From positions 729,246 to 793,245 of the forward strand of contig CANNAN010000001.1 of assembly GCA_947502635.1 (NCBI GenBank): a DNA stretch of 64,000 nt. The letters are read 5' to 3'. The position numbers were made by a program, and so were the translations under genes. Below the pieces are notes generated by a model. It worked only from the letters and a program-made list of their open reading frames with translations, was not told where the DNA came from and did no database searches. The stretch is from an uncultured Flavobacteriaceae bacterium. GTDB taxonomy: Bacteria > Bacteroidota > Bacteroidia > Flavobacteriales > Flavobacteriaceae. Shown here one piece after another: positions 10,156 to 19,984 of the stretch; within the stretch, counting starts at the first letter, position 1; every line of letters begins with the position of its first letter.

Positions 10156-10246
10156 ATGTAAACGACTTACCATACATTATCTCATATTGAAAGAGTTGGT
10201 ATTATAACAAGTACTTGTGTTCAAATTAAGTTAAGAAGATTCATGT

Positions 10247-10318
10247 GCCGTATTGGGTACAGTCGAAAAGCTATTAAAACTAAGGCTTAATAATGTCTTC
10301 GACTGTACTCAGACTGAC
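10247..10318. repeat. Inverted pair of 24-bp REP-like units (GTCAGTCTGAGTACAGTCGAAGAC family)
   Basis: + copy GCCGTATTGGGTACAGTCGAAAAG at 10247-10270 and - copy at 10295-10318, sharing GTACAGTCGAA. Lies between convergent genes. Confidence 0.65.
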
Positions 10319-10329
10319 TTTACTATTTA

Positions 10330-12141
10330 TTAGCGTCTAGAACGTCTAGGTCTAGATGCATTTGAATTACCAGAATTTGAATCTGAACGTCTTGGTCTTG
10401 AATCACCATCAGAACGTCGTCTTTCACTTCTGTTTCCAAATCCAGAATTTCTATCATCACGTCTTCCTCCACCTTTTCTGTCATCACGTCTTTTACCTCG
10501 GTTTCTGTCGTTACGTCTTCCGCCGCCTCCACGGTTTTCAGATACTTCAACATTCACAAAACGTCCTTCGTGTTTATAATCGGTGAAAAAAGCTAATACT
10601 TTTTCTTTTAATTCATTTTCAGTGTTAAAAAATGAAAAACTATCTTTTACTTCAACTTTAAAGACATCATCTCTACCTAATTCTAAAACTTCTTTTAAGA
10701 AATCTTTTAGTTTCATCCAGTCGAAACCATCTTTACTACCAACGTTTATAAAGTAACGTGTTGAGTTTGATTTACCTCCAAAATCGCGTCCACCATCACG
10801 GTCACGACCACCATCATCTGAAACGTTTAAATTCTTTGACTTTTGATAATAGTTATAGAAGCGAGTAAACTCTACCGAAAAGAATTTTTTAATCAGCTCA
10901 TCTTTTGTTGAATCTTCAAATAATTCATTGATGCTGGTTAAGTATTTATCAATTTCATGATTTACTTCTGTATTGTGAATTTTATTAGCGAGCGACATTA
11001 ATTGTACCTCGCAAATTTGCATCCCATCAGGAATATCTTTTTTCTCGAACTGACGTTTAATGATACGTTCAATACTTTTTATTTTACGTACCTCACTTTT
11101 AGAAACAATCACCATAGAAACTCCTGTTTTACCAGCACGCCCTGTACGTCCAGAACGGTGGGTGTAGGTTTCAATTTCGTCAGGTAACTGATAGTTTATA
11201 ACATGGGTAATATCGTCTACATCAATTCCACGAGCAGCTACATCGGTCGCTACTAGCGTTTGTATTTGTTTATTTCTAAACGATTTCATTACCAAATCTC
11301 GTTGGTTCTGACTTAAATCACCGTGTAAAGCACCTGCACTGTATCCATCTTCAATAAGTTGTTCAGCTACTTTTTGAGTGTCTCGTTTGGTTCTGCAAAA
11401 TACTACCGAGAAAATATCTGGATTGGCATCCGACAAACGTTTTAAAGCCTGATAACGATCTCTGGAATTTACTAAGTAATATTCGTGGGATACATTACTG
11501 GTACTTTCATTTTTATTTCCAACAGTTATTTCCTGTGGTGTACTCATGAATTTTTTAGCTATAGTAGCTACTTCTCGAGGCATCGTTGCAGAAAATAGCC
11601 AGGTATTTTTATCCTCAGGAGTATGGGAAAGGATATCAGTAATATCTTCTTTAAAGCCCATGTTTAGCATTTCATCAGCTTCATCTAAAACAGAATATTG
11701 GATTTTAGAAATATCAACCATACGTCTGCTAATCATATCTTTCATACGCCCAGGAGTCGCCACAATAATTTGGGCGCCTCTTTTAACCTCTCTAGCTTGA
11801 TCTGTAATGCTAGATCCACCATAAATAGCCACGACATTAAGACCTTTACAGTACTTGCCGTATTGCTTCATTTCATTGGTAATCTGTAAACAAAGTTCAC
11901 GTGTAGGTGATAAAATTAAACCTTGTGTGGTTCTGCTATTAACATCAATTTTCTCTAACATTGGAAAACCAAAGGCAGCTGTTTTACCAGTTCCAGTTTG
12001 TGCCAATGCGACTAAATCTGTTTCAGAATCTAATAAAATGGGGATTGCTTTTTCTTGTACTTCGCTTGGTTTAATAAAACCTAAATCTGTAATTGCTTGT
12101 AATAGGTCATCATTAAGACCTAATTCTTGGAATGTGCTCAT
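10330..12141 (-). CDS. deaD: DEAD-box RNA helicase (DeaD/CsdA-like, DbpA-type C-terminal RBD, RG-rich tail)
   Basis: AQTGTGKT, PTRELCLQ, TPGR, DEADEM, SAT, HRSGRTGR. Confidence 0.9.
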   Translation of the reverse strand: MSTFQELGLNDDLLQAITDLGFIKPSEVQEKAIPILLDSETDLVALAQTGTGKTAAFGFPMLEKIDVNSRTTQGLILSPTRELCLQITNEMKQYGKYCKGLNVVAIYGGSSITDQAREVKRGAQIIVATPGRMKDMISRRMVDISKIQYSVLDEADEMLNMGFKEDITDILSHTPEDKNTWLFSATMPREVATIAKKFMSTPQEITVGNKNESTSNVSHEYYLVNSRDRYQALKRLSDANPDIFSVVFCRTKRDTQKVAEQLIEDGYSAGALHGDLSQNQRDLVMKSFRNKQIQTLVATDVAARGIDVDDITHVINYQLPDEIETYTHRSGRTGRAGKTGVSMVIVSKSEVRKIKSIERIIKRQFEKKDIPDGMQICEVQLMSLANKIHNTEVNHEIDKYLTSINELFEDSTKDELIKKFFSVEFTRFYNYYQKSKNLNVSDDGGRDRDGGRDFGGKSNSTRYFINVGSKDGFDWMKLKDFLKEVLELGRDDVFKVEVKDSFSFFNTENELKEKVLAFFTDYKHEGRFVNVEVSENRGGGGRRNDRNRGKRRDDRKGGGRRDDRNSGFGNRSERRRSDGDSRPRRSDSNSGNSNASRPRRSRR

Positions 12142-12325
12142 TTTTGTATAAGTATTCGATTATGTTTGTAGTGTTACATAAAGAAGCGAATCGACATACT
12201 TAACCTTAAACTTCTATTAACACACCCTCACTCTGAGGAATTTAACTCACTTTCTGAGTTTCAAGCGGCGAAGATAGGTAAAAAATATCATTTCCTTGAA
12301 AGAGGACTCTTTTTAAATTTGACTT

Positions 12326-12350
12326 GTCATTCCTGAAAAGGCAGGAATCT
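12326..12350 (+). repeat. REP-like palindrome GTCATTCCTGAAAAGGCAGGAATCT
   Basis: 25-bp imperfect palindrome (ATTCCTG/CAGGAAT), with related copies at 7550, 34475 and 35167. Confidence 0.7.
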
Positions 12351-12518
12351 TATTAATTGAAGTTTTTATTCTTTTGCATTTTCGAGGTTTTAACACGCTT
12401 TGTTCATGCATTTATATTTTAAGTTGAGGAATTCTTGAATATAAATATTTCGTTACTAAATCTTTTGGAAAAAATAAAAAGGATTTCAAACATACCGTCT
12501 AATCGTTAGCATAAAGAA

Positions 12519-12869
12519 TTATTCCTCTTTTAAAAAAACGGCACCATCTTGAACCCTTTTTAAAGTGGTTTCATTTATTATCTCGAAAGTAATCTCTTCA
12601 TTATAGTTGGCATTTTCCTCTAATTCAATTTTATTACCTTGAATAGTATAATTCATTAATAAAACAATATCTCCAAAAGCAATAATATAAGCTTTTGAAT
12701 CATCTATAAATGAGATTCTACTAATACAGTTTGGTTCTATTTCGACGCTATTACATTTAACAATATTATCATTAAACTGACCGTTAATATCAAAAGATGG
12801 TGCTTTATCATTATTAGAACAAGAAAAGAATACTAAGAAGGAAAATAAAATAAGATAAAAATTTTTCAT
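12519..12869 (-). CDS. Hypothetical lipoprotein
   Basis: Lipobox FFSC, 116 aa, no family recognised. Confidence 0.7.
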   Translation of the reverse strand: MKNFYLILFSFLVFFSCSNNDKAPSFDINGQFNDNIVKCNSVEIEPNCISRISFIDDSKAYIIAFGDIVLLMNYTIQGNKIELEENANYNEEITFEIINETTLKRVQDGAVFLKEE

Positions 12870-12927
12870 AACACAATTGAGTTTTATTTGTAGATGTATA
12901 TTACTACAAATGGTTGCGTTAATATAA

Positions 12928-14160
12928 TTACTTTCTCAAATTAGTAATCCGTTCCAGTAGAGTTGGATGCGAGTAATGCATAAATACATAAGCAGGATGT
13001 GGTGTTAAATTACTCAAACTGTTTTTAGAAAGTTTTTTAAGTGATGTAATTAAAGGTTCTCCTTTATAGGTGTTTTTTGCATAATCGTCTGCCTGGTATT
13101 CAAACTTTCTGGAAAATAGGTTCATAATTAAACCTGTAATTTCAGAAATCGGAGAATATAATAATCCGAAAGCAATGAGTCCGATATGGAAACTTGGAAT
13201 TTCAACACCCAAGGCATTCGATAATAGTGGATTCGAAATAAAAAGAGATAAGATAAAAAGGGTAAATCCTGTTAATAAAATTGATGCAAACAAATTAAAA
13301 ATAATATGTTTTTTTTTATAATGACCAACTTCATGTGCCAGTACGGCAACAATTTCTTCATCATCTAAATCTTTGATTAACGTATCGTAGAGCGTCACAC
13401 GCTTTTCACTACCAAATCCAGAAAAATAAGCATTGGCTTTTGTACTACGTTTAGAACCATCAATTACAAATATTTTATCCAATTTAAAACCAACGGTTTG
13501 TGCATATTCAGAAATTTTATCACGTAAGCTTCCAGATTCCAAAGGGGTTTGTTTATTAAATAAAGGCACGATAAGTTTTGAGTAAAACATATTCATAAAT
13601 AAGGTAAATACGGCAACTAATCCCCAGGCGTATAGCCAAAAATAACTTCCAGTAACTTGATAAAACCAAATAATAAGCGCTAAAATACCACCACCTATAA
13701 TTGCCATCATCAACCAGCCTTTAATTTTATCAAGAATGAATGTTTTTACAGTTGTTTTATTAAAACCAAATTTTTCTTCAATAATGAAAGTACTATAATA
13801 TGAGAAAGGCGTAGAAACAATATCACTACCAATCATAACAATACCAAAGAAAATTAAAGCAATGATAATAGGATTGTCACTATAACTTCTGGCAATATTA
13901 TCTACAAACTCAAAACCATCAAAAAGTAAAAAACCTAAGGTTAAAAGAATAGAAAATGTAGACGTTAAAATCCCAAATTTATAATTAGTTGCTTTATAAT
14001 TTTGCGATTTTTTATATTCAGTATCGTCATAAACATCTTGTAGATCCTCAGGAAGCGCATCATTATAATGTTTTGCGTTTAAGGCATCTAGAATTTTATC
14101 AACTAAAAAATTGATAATTATTATAGCGATGATAATATAGAATAAAGTTGTTGATGTCAT
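12928..14160 (-). CDS. M48 family (Ste24/CAAX-type) membrane metallopeptidase
   Basis: HEVGH zinc motif, DGSKRSTKANAYFSG, SRKFEYQADDYA, HYSHP, multiple TM segments. Confidence 0.92.
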   Translation of the reverse strand: MTSTTLFYIIIAIIIINFLVDKILDALNAKHYNDALPEDLQDVYDDTEYKKSQNYKATNYKFGILTSTFSILLTLGFLLFDGFEFVDNIARSYSDNPIIIALIFFGIVMIGSDIVSTPFSYYSTFIIEEKFGFNKTTVKTFILDKIKGWLMMAIIGGGILALIIWFYQVTGSYFWLYAWGLVAVFTLFMNMFYSKLIVPLFNKQTPLESGSLRDKISEYAQTVGFKLDKIFVIDGSKRSTKANAYFSGFGSEKRVTLYDTLIKDLDDEEIVAVLAHEVGHYKKKHIIFNLFASILLTGFTLFILSLFISNPLLSNALGVEIPSFHIGLIAFGLLYSPISEITGLIMNLFSRKFEYQADDYAKNTYKGEPLITSLKKLSKNSLSNLTPHPAYVFMHYSHPTLLERITNLRK

Positions 14161-14231
14161 AATTTTTTAAATTCCAAATCTCAATATGCTTTATAATTAG
14201 AGACTTGCTTTTTTGATTTTCAGAGAAACTT

Positions 14232-15032
14232 TTATTGAAAATTTCTTTGCCTTTTGGCTTCAAAAATAAGAATTCCAGCGGCAACTGATACATTCATAGA
14301 ATCTATTTCACCTTGCATGGGAATAATAATATTTTGAGTCGAACTTTCGAGCCATTCATTACTCAATCCAGTTGCTTCTGTACCAACAATAATAGCTGTC
14401 GGCTTGTTGAAATCCTGAGTGTGATAATTTACAGAGGCTTGTAAAGCGGCACAATAGATATTAATTGTGTTATCTTTTAAAAAAGTAATAATTTCAGAAG
14501 TACTACCAGTAGCGATTTGGTTGGTAAATAAACAACCCACACTAGATCGAATAATATTAGGGTTGTATAAGTCTGTTTTTGGATTAGCGATTATAACAGC
14601 ATCTACATTAGCAGCATCTGCGGTTCTTAGTATAGCACCAATATTACCTGGTTTTTCAGGAGCTTCTGCCACTAAAATTAATGGAGTTTTGGTACTAAAT
14701 TTTAAATCAGCTATGTTGTGATCTTTACTTTTTGCTACTGCCAAAACACCTTCAGTGGTATCACGATAGGCTAATTTTTGATATACCTCTTTTGATATTT
14801 CTATAATGTTTGTCTGGAGGTTTGTAAATTTATTAAGTTGTTCTTGTGAAATTAACTCAGGATAAAACAATATACTATCTAACTCATAATTTCCTTTTAA
14901 GGCTAATGAAATTTCGCGTGTCCCTTCAATTAAAAACTGGTTTGTTTTTCTACGTTCGCGTGATTTGTCTTTTAATTGTGCGAGTTGTCGAATAAATGGA
15001 TTTTGTGTACTGGTTATTAATGTTGCAGGCAA
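14232..15032 (-). CDS. TrmH/SpoU family RNA methyltransferase
   Basis: ITSTQNPFIRQL, EKPGNIGAILRTADAA, GTEATGLS, IPMQGEIDSMNVSVAA. TTG start. Confidence 0.9.
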   Translation of the reverse strand: MPATLITSTQNPFIRQLAQLKDKSRERRKTNQFLIEGTREISLALKGNYELDSILFYPELISQEQLNKFTNLQTNIIEISKEVYQKLAYRDTTEGVLAVAKSKDHNIADLKFSTKTPLILVAEAPEKPGNIGAILRTADAANVDAVIIANPKTDLYNPNIIRSSVGCLFTNQIATGSTSEIITFLKDNTINIYCAALQASVNYHTQDFNKPTAIIVGTEATGLSNEWLESSTQNIIIPMQGEIDSMNVSVAAGILIFEAKRQRNFQ

Positions 15033-15070
15033 TTTTTAGCTAGTTTTGTTTTGGCAAATTTAATATAAAT

Positions 15071-16807
15071 ATGGTACAACGATTACTATTCTTTCTGTTC
15101 ATTTTTTTATCTTTTTCTGTGTACTCTCAAATACAGGGGCCACCAGCACCTTTTGGATATATAAAATACCATATTTGTGATGAAGATGCTGATGGGGTCG
15201 AAGAGTTTGACTTGTTAACTCATTTTAATTTTCCATTCAATGTTGTTGGAGAAGAATCAACTAATTATAACCCTTTAACTTTTTATTTAACAGAGGAAGA
15301 CAGAAATAATGAAACAAATCAGATAACAAACCCTACTGCCTACTTAAATATATCAAGTCCTCAAAGAATTTATTACCGATCATATGCTATTATTCCTGGT
15401 GCCTATGAGTATCTTGATGGAGATAGCTCAATTCATGCTGAACCTATTCCAACTCCAAACTCTCAAAACTCGCTAATTTTGTGCGATACTAATAATAGCG
15501 GGCTAAATACTTTTGATTTAACAGAAGCAAGAAGTGAAATTCTTGCAGGGCTCGATTTAGAGTTGTACATATTAGAATATTATGAAACCTTAGAAGATGC
15601 CCAAAATCAAACTAATAAAGTACCAGATGTTATTTCTTATAATAATATTACTACTATACAAACCCTTTATGTTAGGGTTTATCATAGATATGCTTCAGCC
15701 TGTTATAGTGTTGTTGAATTAGAATTGATAGTAGAGGGTATTTGTAAAGATTTAGAAGTTTTATTATTTCCTTTAGACTCACCAAGGCCAGGGTTCGTAA
15801 GTGAATATCACTTATATGTGATTAATCGAAGACATGACTCCAAAATATCTGGTAGAATTCAATTTAATTATGAGTCTTTTTTAGAATTAGTGAGTATTTC
15901 TGATGTAGGAATAGGGGAAACTGTAACTAATATTTCTAATGGTTTTTTTCTAGATATTGATGATTTAAGTCCAAAACATTCTACTTATGTCTCTGTAAAT
16001 ATAAAAACACCAATTTCTGTTCCATTGAATACTATTTTAATTAGTGAGGCGAGATATTTGGGTACAGATTATAATGCAAATAATAATTATTCTAAATTGA
16101 CTGAAATAGTAGTTGGCTCATACGACCCTAACGATATTACTGAGTCTCATGGGCCAAATATTCTTTATGATGATTTCGAATCAACAGATTATTTATATTA
16201 TACTGTTAGATTTCAAAACGTTGGAACTGCTGATGCCATAAATGTATCTATTGATAATACACTGAATGCTAAATTAGATAAATCAACCATTCAAATGTTA
16301 AGTGGAAGTCATGATTATGTATTTACTAGAGCAGATGACCAATTAAACTGGAAGTTTGATAATATTCATTTACCAAGTGAGGATATGGACGAACCCAATA
16401 GTCATGGTTATGTGTATTATAAAATAAAACCTTTAGCTGGTTATAAGGTTGGAGATATTATACCAAACACGGCTGAAATTTATTTTGATTTTAATCCAGC
16501 AGTTGTAACTAATACGTTCAATACTGAGTTTTTGGATACTCTTAATAATGAAAGCTTTAATAAAGTTAATTTTTCAATCTTCCCAAACCCAGTAACAGAA
16601 ATAGTTAAATTAAAATTTAATAAAAGTATTAATGACCAAATAAGTGTGAGTATATATAATATTCAAGGAAAATTGATATTAAACTCAAAGAAAACATTAC
16701 AAAATAATACCATACAATTAAGTACATCTTCTTTAAAAAGCGGCATGTATTTTTTAAAGGTAAATGATGGTGTTAATGAGGTTACGCAGAAATTGATTGT
16801 TAAATAG
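15071..16807 (+). CDS. T9SS type A sorting domain protein (GSYDPND-type surface protein)
   Basis: Signal peptide, VGSYDPND, YTVRFQNVG, AEIYFDFNPAVVTN. C-terminal domain IFPNPV...SIYNIQGKL...LKSGMYFLKV...KLIVK. Confidence 0.88.
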   Translation: MVQRLLFFLFIFLSFSVYSQIQGPPAPFGYIKYHICDEDADGVEEFDLLTHFNFPFNVVGEESTNYNPLTFYLTEEDRNNETNQITNPTAYLNISSPQRIYYRSYAIIPGAYEYLDGDSSIHAEPIPTPNSQNSLILCDTNNSGLNTFDLTEARSEILAGLDLELYILEYYETLEDAQNQTNKVPDVISYNNITTIQTLYVRVYHRYASACYSVVELELIVEGICKDLEVLLFPLDSPRPGFVSEYHLYVINRRHDSKISGRIQFNYESFLELVSISDVGIGETVTNISNGFFLDIDDLSPKHSTYVSVNIKTPISVPLNTILISEARYLGTDYNANNNYSKLTEIVVGSYDPNDITESHGPNILYDDFESTDYLYYTVRFQNVGTADAINVSIDNTLNAKLDKSTIQMLSGSHDYVFTRADDQLNWKFDNIHLPSEDMDEPNSHGYVYYKIKPLAGYKVGDIIPNTAEIYFDFNPAVVTNTFNTEFLDTLNNESFNKVNFSIFPNPVTEIVKLKFNKSINDQISVSIYNIQGKLILNSKKTLQNNTIQLSTSSLKSGMYFLKVNDGVNEVTQKLIVK

Positions 16808-16924
16808 CTGTAAAGTCAATCCAGACATTCATTTTTATTTATATTTTCAAACAAATGTTCTTCTGTTGTAATGCAATACCTTAGTAGGCGACAAAAAAGG
16901 ATTAACCAACTTAAAATACCTAAA

Positions 16925-17722
16925 ATGAAACATATACTTTTTTTAGCAATTTTAGTTTTATTTACATCCTGTAAAAAAAATACGGGTACTCAAGAGAGCA
17001 TAAAATATCCTGAAGAAAACCTAGATATAACAACAAGTATTTATCCTGAAAATATATCAAAAGTGTTTAAAGCACATGGAGGAATAGACACGTGGAACAC
17101 GATGCAAAGCTTAGTGTTTGAAATGAAGCTTCCCGAAGGAAAAGAAAAGACAACAACCGCTTTAAAAAGCAGAACATCGTTAATTGAAACAGAAAAATTT
17201 AAAATTGGATTTGATGGAGAGCACGTGTGGTTAAAGCAAGAAGACTCTTTAGCTTATAAAGGGAATGCTAAGTTTTACTATAATTTAATGTTTTACTTTT
17301 ATGCAATGCCTTTTATATTGGCTGACGATGGCATTATTTATGAAAATACAGAACCTTTGGTGTTTGAAGGTAAATCATATCCAGGCATTAAGATTTCTTA
17401 TGAAAGTGGTATAGGAGAATCACCAGAAGACGAATATGTTTTGTACTATGACCCTGAAACTAATAAAATGGCATGGTTGAGTTATACAGTAACCTATTTT
17501 TCTAAAGAGAAAAGTAAAGAATTTAAATTTATAAAATACAGTGATTGGCAAACCGTAGCGGGGGTGTTATTACCAGAAACTTTAATTTGGTATAATTATG
17601 AAAATAATGCGCCTACAACAAAGCGTGATGAGGGATTAAAGTTTACTAACATTAAACTTTCTAGCGAAAAACCCAATGCAGAACTTTTTAAAGTTCCTGA
17701 AGGAGCTACGCTAGTAGAATAA
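16925..17722 (+). CDS. DUF6503-like lipoprotein
   Basis: Lipobox LFTSC after ATG 16925. AHGG...W, YYNLMFYFYAMPF, EDEYVLYYD. Confidence 0.7.
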   Translation: MKHILFLAILVLFTSCKKNTGTQESIKYPEENLDITTSIYPENISKVFKAHGGIDTWNTMQSLVFEMKLPEGKEKTTTALKSRTSLIETEKFKIGFDGEHVWLKQEDSLAYKGNAKFYYNLMFYFYAMPFILADDGIIYENTEPLVFEGKSYPGIKISYESGIGESPEDEYVLYYDPETNKMAWLSYTVTYFSKEKSKEFKFIKYSDWQTVAGVLLPETLIWYNYENNAPTTKRDEGLKFTNIKLSSEKPNAELFKVPEGATLVE

Positions 17723-17732
17723 TTGATATAAA

Positions 17733-18800
17733 CTATATACTCTCAGTTTCAAAATAATTAACTAATAAAGCGACGACGTAGCTATAGCTTTCCATACCTT
17801 TATTTTGATTATTGGCTTTTAAAAAGCTACCATAGAATAATTTAAATAAGGGCTCCATTGGGTTTTCATGAGCTTCCCAAAACTCACGAACTTCTTTGTA
17901 GTTTTTTAAAATCCCTTTGTTAACGTCTGCAACCATGTCTTCAAATAAACATTCGTCACGTCTGTAAATTTCATTCAAACAAAAGCGCAATCCAAAAGTA
18001 TACCCCGTGTATTTAAAATAAATATCATCATGATTTATGGCTGCCATACACCCAATAAAATTAGCCTCATTTTCGGCAGCATAACCTAATTGATGTGCGA
18101 TTTCATGAGAAGCTGTCGTAGGAATTTTAGAAATAGGAATTAAACTGTTAACCTGAGCTTCGTTAGTAAACGGGTTTAAATAACCACTAAATCCCATATA
18201 AGTTAATGGGTAACTGTATAATGACTTTTTTATACTTTTAGGATGATATTCTAAATGAGGGAATATTTGTTTTAAATTTTCATAACCTATAGGCGTCATT
18301 TTTAGTACGTCACTTTTACTATATGGTAAATCAACTTTAATGGTGTCATTATTAGTGATTTTTAAATGAAGCGCATTCGATTTTTTAATAAGGCTTTCGG
18401 TAACAGAAATTAATTGTTCTGTAGTATAATCATTAGCAATATTTAAACTCTTATGTAATGGCAGTCGGTAATAATTAAACCCCCAAAATAAGTGAAAAGC
18501 CAAATACATAATAGATACTAAAGAAAACATATCAACAAACCATTGTTTTGTGTTTTTTCTTAGTTGTTTTCTGTTTTTATAAAACCATCGAATTATATAA
18601 ATAATTGAAAAAGTATAAATAAAATCTCCAAACGAAAATGGTAATGAACCAAGAGTGTATCTAAAAATTTTCGAAATAAATGGATAAAATCCATTACTGT
18701 AAAATTGTTCAACAAATTCAGGGTGGTTAGATAACCATGAGATTAATAAATACTGTGGAATTAGCGATAATGCTATTACGGTCTTTTTCTTTTTCAGCAT
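17733..18800 (-). CDS. DUF3810 family putative zinc aminopeptidase, membrane anchored
   Basis: WGFNYYR, GYLNPFTNEAQVN, HEIAH, AAENEANF. Confidence 0.85.
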   Translation of the reverse strand: MLKKKKTVIALSLIPQYLLISWLSNHPEFVEQFYSNGFYPFISKIFRYTLGSLPFSFGDFIYTFSIIYIIRWFYKNRKQLRKNTKQWFVDMFSLVSIMYLAFHLFWGFNYYRLPLHKSLNIANDYTTEQLISVTESLIKKSNALHLKITNNDTIKVDLPYSKSDVLKMTPIGYENLKQIFPHLEYHPKSIKKSLYSYPLTYMGFSGYLNPFTNEAQVNSLIPISKIPTTASHEIAHQLGYAAENEANFIGCMAAINHDDIYFKYTGYTFGLRFCLNEIYRRDECLFEDMVADVNKGILKNYKEVREFWEAHENPMEPLFKLFYGSFLKANNQNKGMESYSYVVALLVNYFETESI

Positions 18801-19005
18801 AAACCAAAAGTACCAAAAAATTAATTTACTTGTCTTGTTGAAAGCTGTATACTCTATAAAATTCAGAAAACCAGTTTTAATGGGTATTTTATAATTATGA
18901 CCCTATGTAGTACATTGTAATTAATATTTTCAAGTAGTTTAAGGAAAAAAAGTAATGATTTATCGAAAAAAGGTTAGGAAATTTATAGTAAACTTAAATT
19001 ATAGA

Positions 19006-19013
19006 TATATTTG
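19006..19013 (+). promoter_or_regulatory. Bacteroidetes -7 promoter box upstream of PID-CTERM gene
   Basis: TATATTTG matches TAnnTTTG, 34 nt before ATG 19048. Confidence 0.55.
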
Positions 19014-19047
19014 AATAGCTATTATCAATCTTTTTAAATTACAAATT

Positions 19048-19401
19048 ATGAAAATTAAGACTAATACTCTGTTTAAAACTATTAGTATGTTTATGATACT
19101 TTTAGCTTTAACATTCTCTACTAATATGAATGCTAGTTCTATTAGTATAAGTACAATCCCAGTAAGTGTGAATTCGGTTCACACCAACCTGATTGCAATT
19201 TCAGGTAAGTGGTGGCAAAAAAAGGATAAAAAGAAAAAAAGATGTCGCAAATGTGGATCACCAAGTTGTAAAGGTAAATGTGGTAAAAAGGGAGGTCATA
19301 CAGATTCTGTTCCATTGGACGGAGGTCTTAGTATTTTATTATTAGGAGGGGCTGCTTTTGGAATTAGAAAATTGCTTGGAAATAAAAATGGAAAGCTTTA
19401 A
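19048..19401 (+). CDS. Small secreted Lys/Cys-rich protein with PID-CTERM-type sorting signal
   Basis: N-terminal signal peptide. C-terminal VPLDGG, then a TM helix, then basic RK residues. Directly upstream of an exosortase. Confidence 0.8.
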   Translation: MKIKTNTLFKTISMFMILLALTFSTNMNASSISISTIPVSVNSVHTNLIAISGKWWQKKDKKKKRCRKCGSPSCKGKCGKKGGHTDSVPLDGGLSILLLGGAAFGIRKLLGNKNGKL

Positions 19402-19984
19402 TTCATTAAAAAATAAAATTCCTTTACCAATAAGGCTTTTCTTAGGAAAAGCCTTATTGCTTTTTATTGCTTGGGAAATTATTTATGGTGTTTTCTTATA
19501 TGATTCACAATTCTTAGATCACCCATTGACTACTCACATTGGAGAATCTTCGGCTCAATTTTTAAATAATTTCACTTCAATGGATGGGTTTGTTGCGAAA
19601 AATGAAGAGTGGAGTTTAACACATGATGGAGAAACATTAGAAGAAAAAGTTTCGGCAATATATCACAATAAGAATAAAGTATTGTATATAGCTAATGTTT
19701 GTAATGGATTATCATTAATGGCCTTATATGTAGGGTTTATTATTTGTATGCCCTCTAAATTTTGGCGTAAAATACTTTATATTATTCTTGGTTTGATAGC
19801 CCTTGACTTTATAAATATTCTTAGATGTGTTGGATTAATCTATCTTCGAGAATATTTTTATATCTACTTTGAATTTGCGCATCATTATTTATTTAAAGCG
19901 ACTGTATATACAGCTACATTTTTAATATGGATGCTCTATTGTCGCAAAATACATTTTAAAAATGAATCTCTACAAATCGGATAA
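19388..19984 (+). CDS. Exosortase/archaeosortase family protein (XrtX-like)
   Basis: Multi-TM protein with the Cys-Arg-His triad: NVCNGL, NILRC, FAHHY. ATG 19388 preferred to TTG 19358. Confidence 0.8.
   Translation: MESFNSLKNKIPLPIRLFLGKALLLFIAWEIIYGVFLYDSQFLDHPLTTHIGESSAQFLNNFTSMDGFVAKNEEWSLTHDGETLEEKVSAIYHNKNKVLYIANVCNGLSLMALYVGFIICMPSKFWRKILYIILGLIALDFINILRCVGLIYLREYFYIYFEFAHHYLFKATVYTATFLIWMLYCRKIHFKNESLQIG

Noticed and set aside
10156-10235. attC-like site after the DUF5946-like gene (AAC...GTT ends)
   Set aside because: The internal pairing is too weak (only TACCA/TGGTA and CTC/GAG) to separate from chance.
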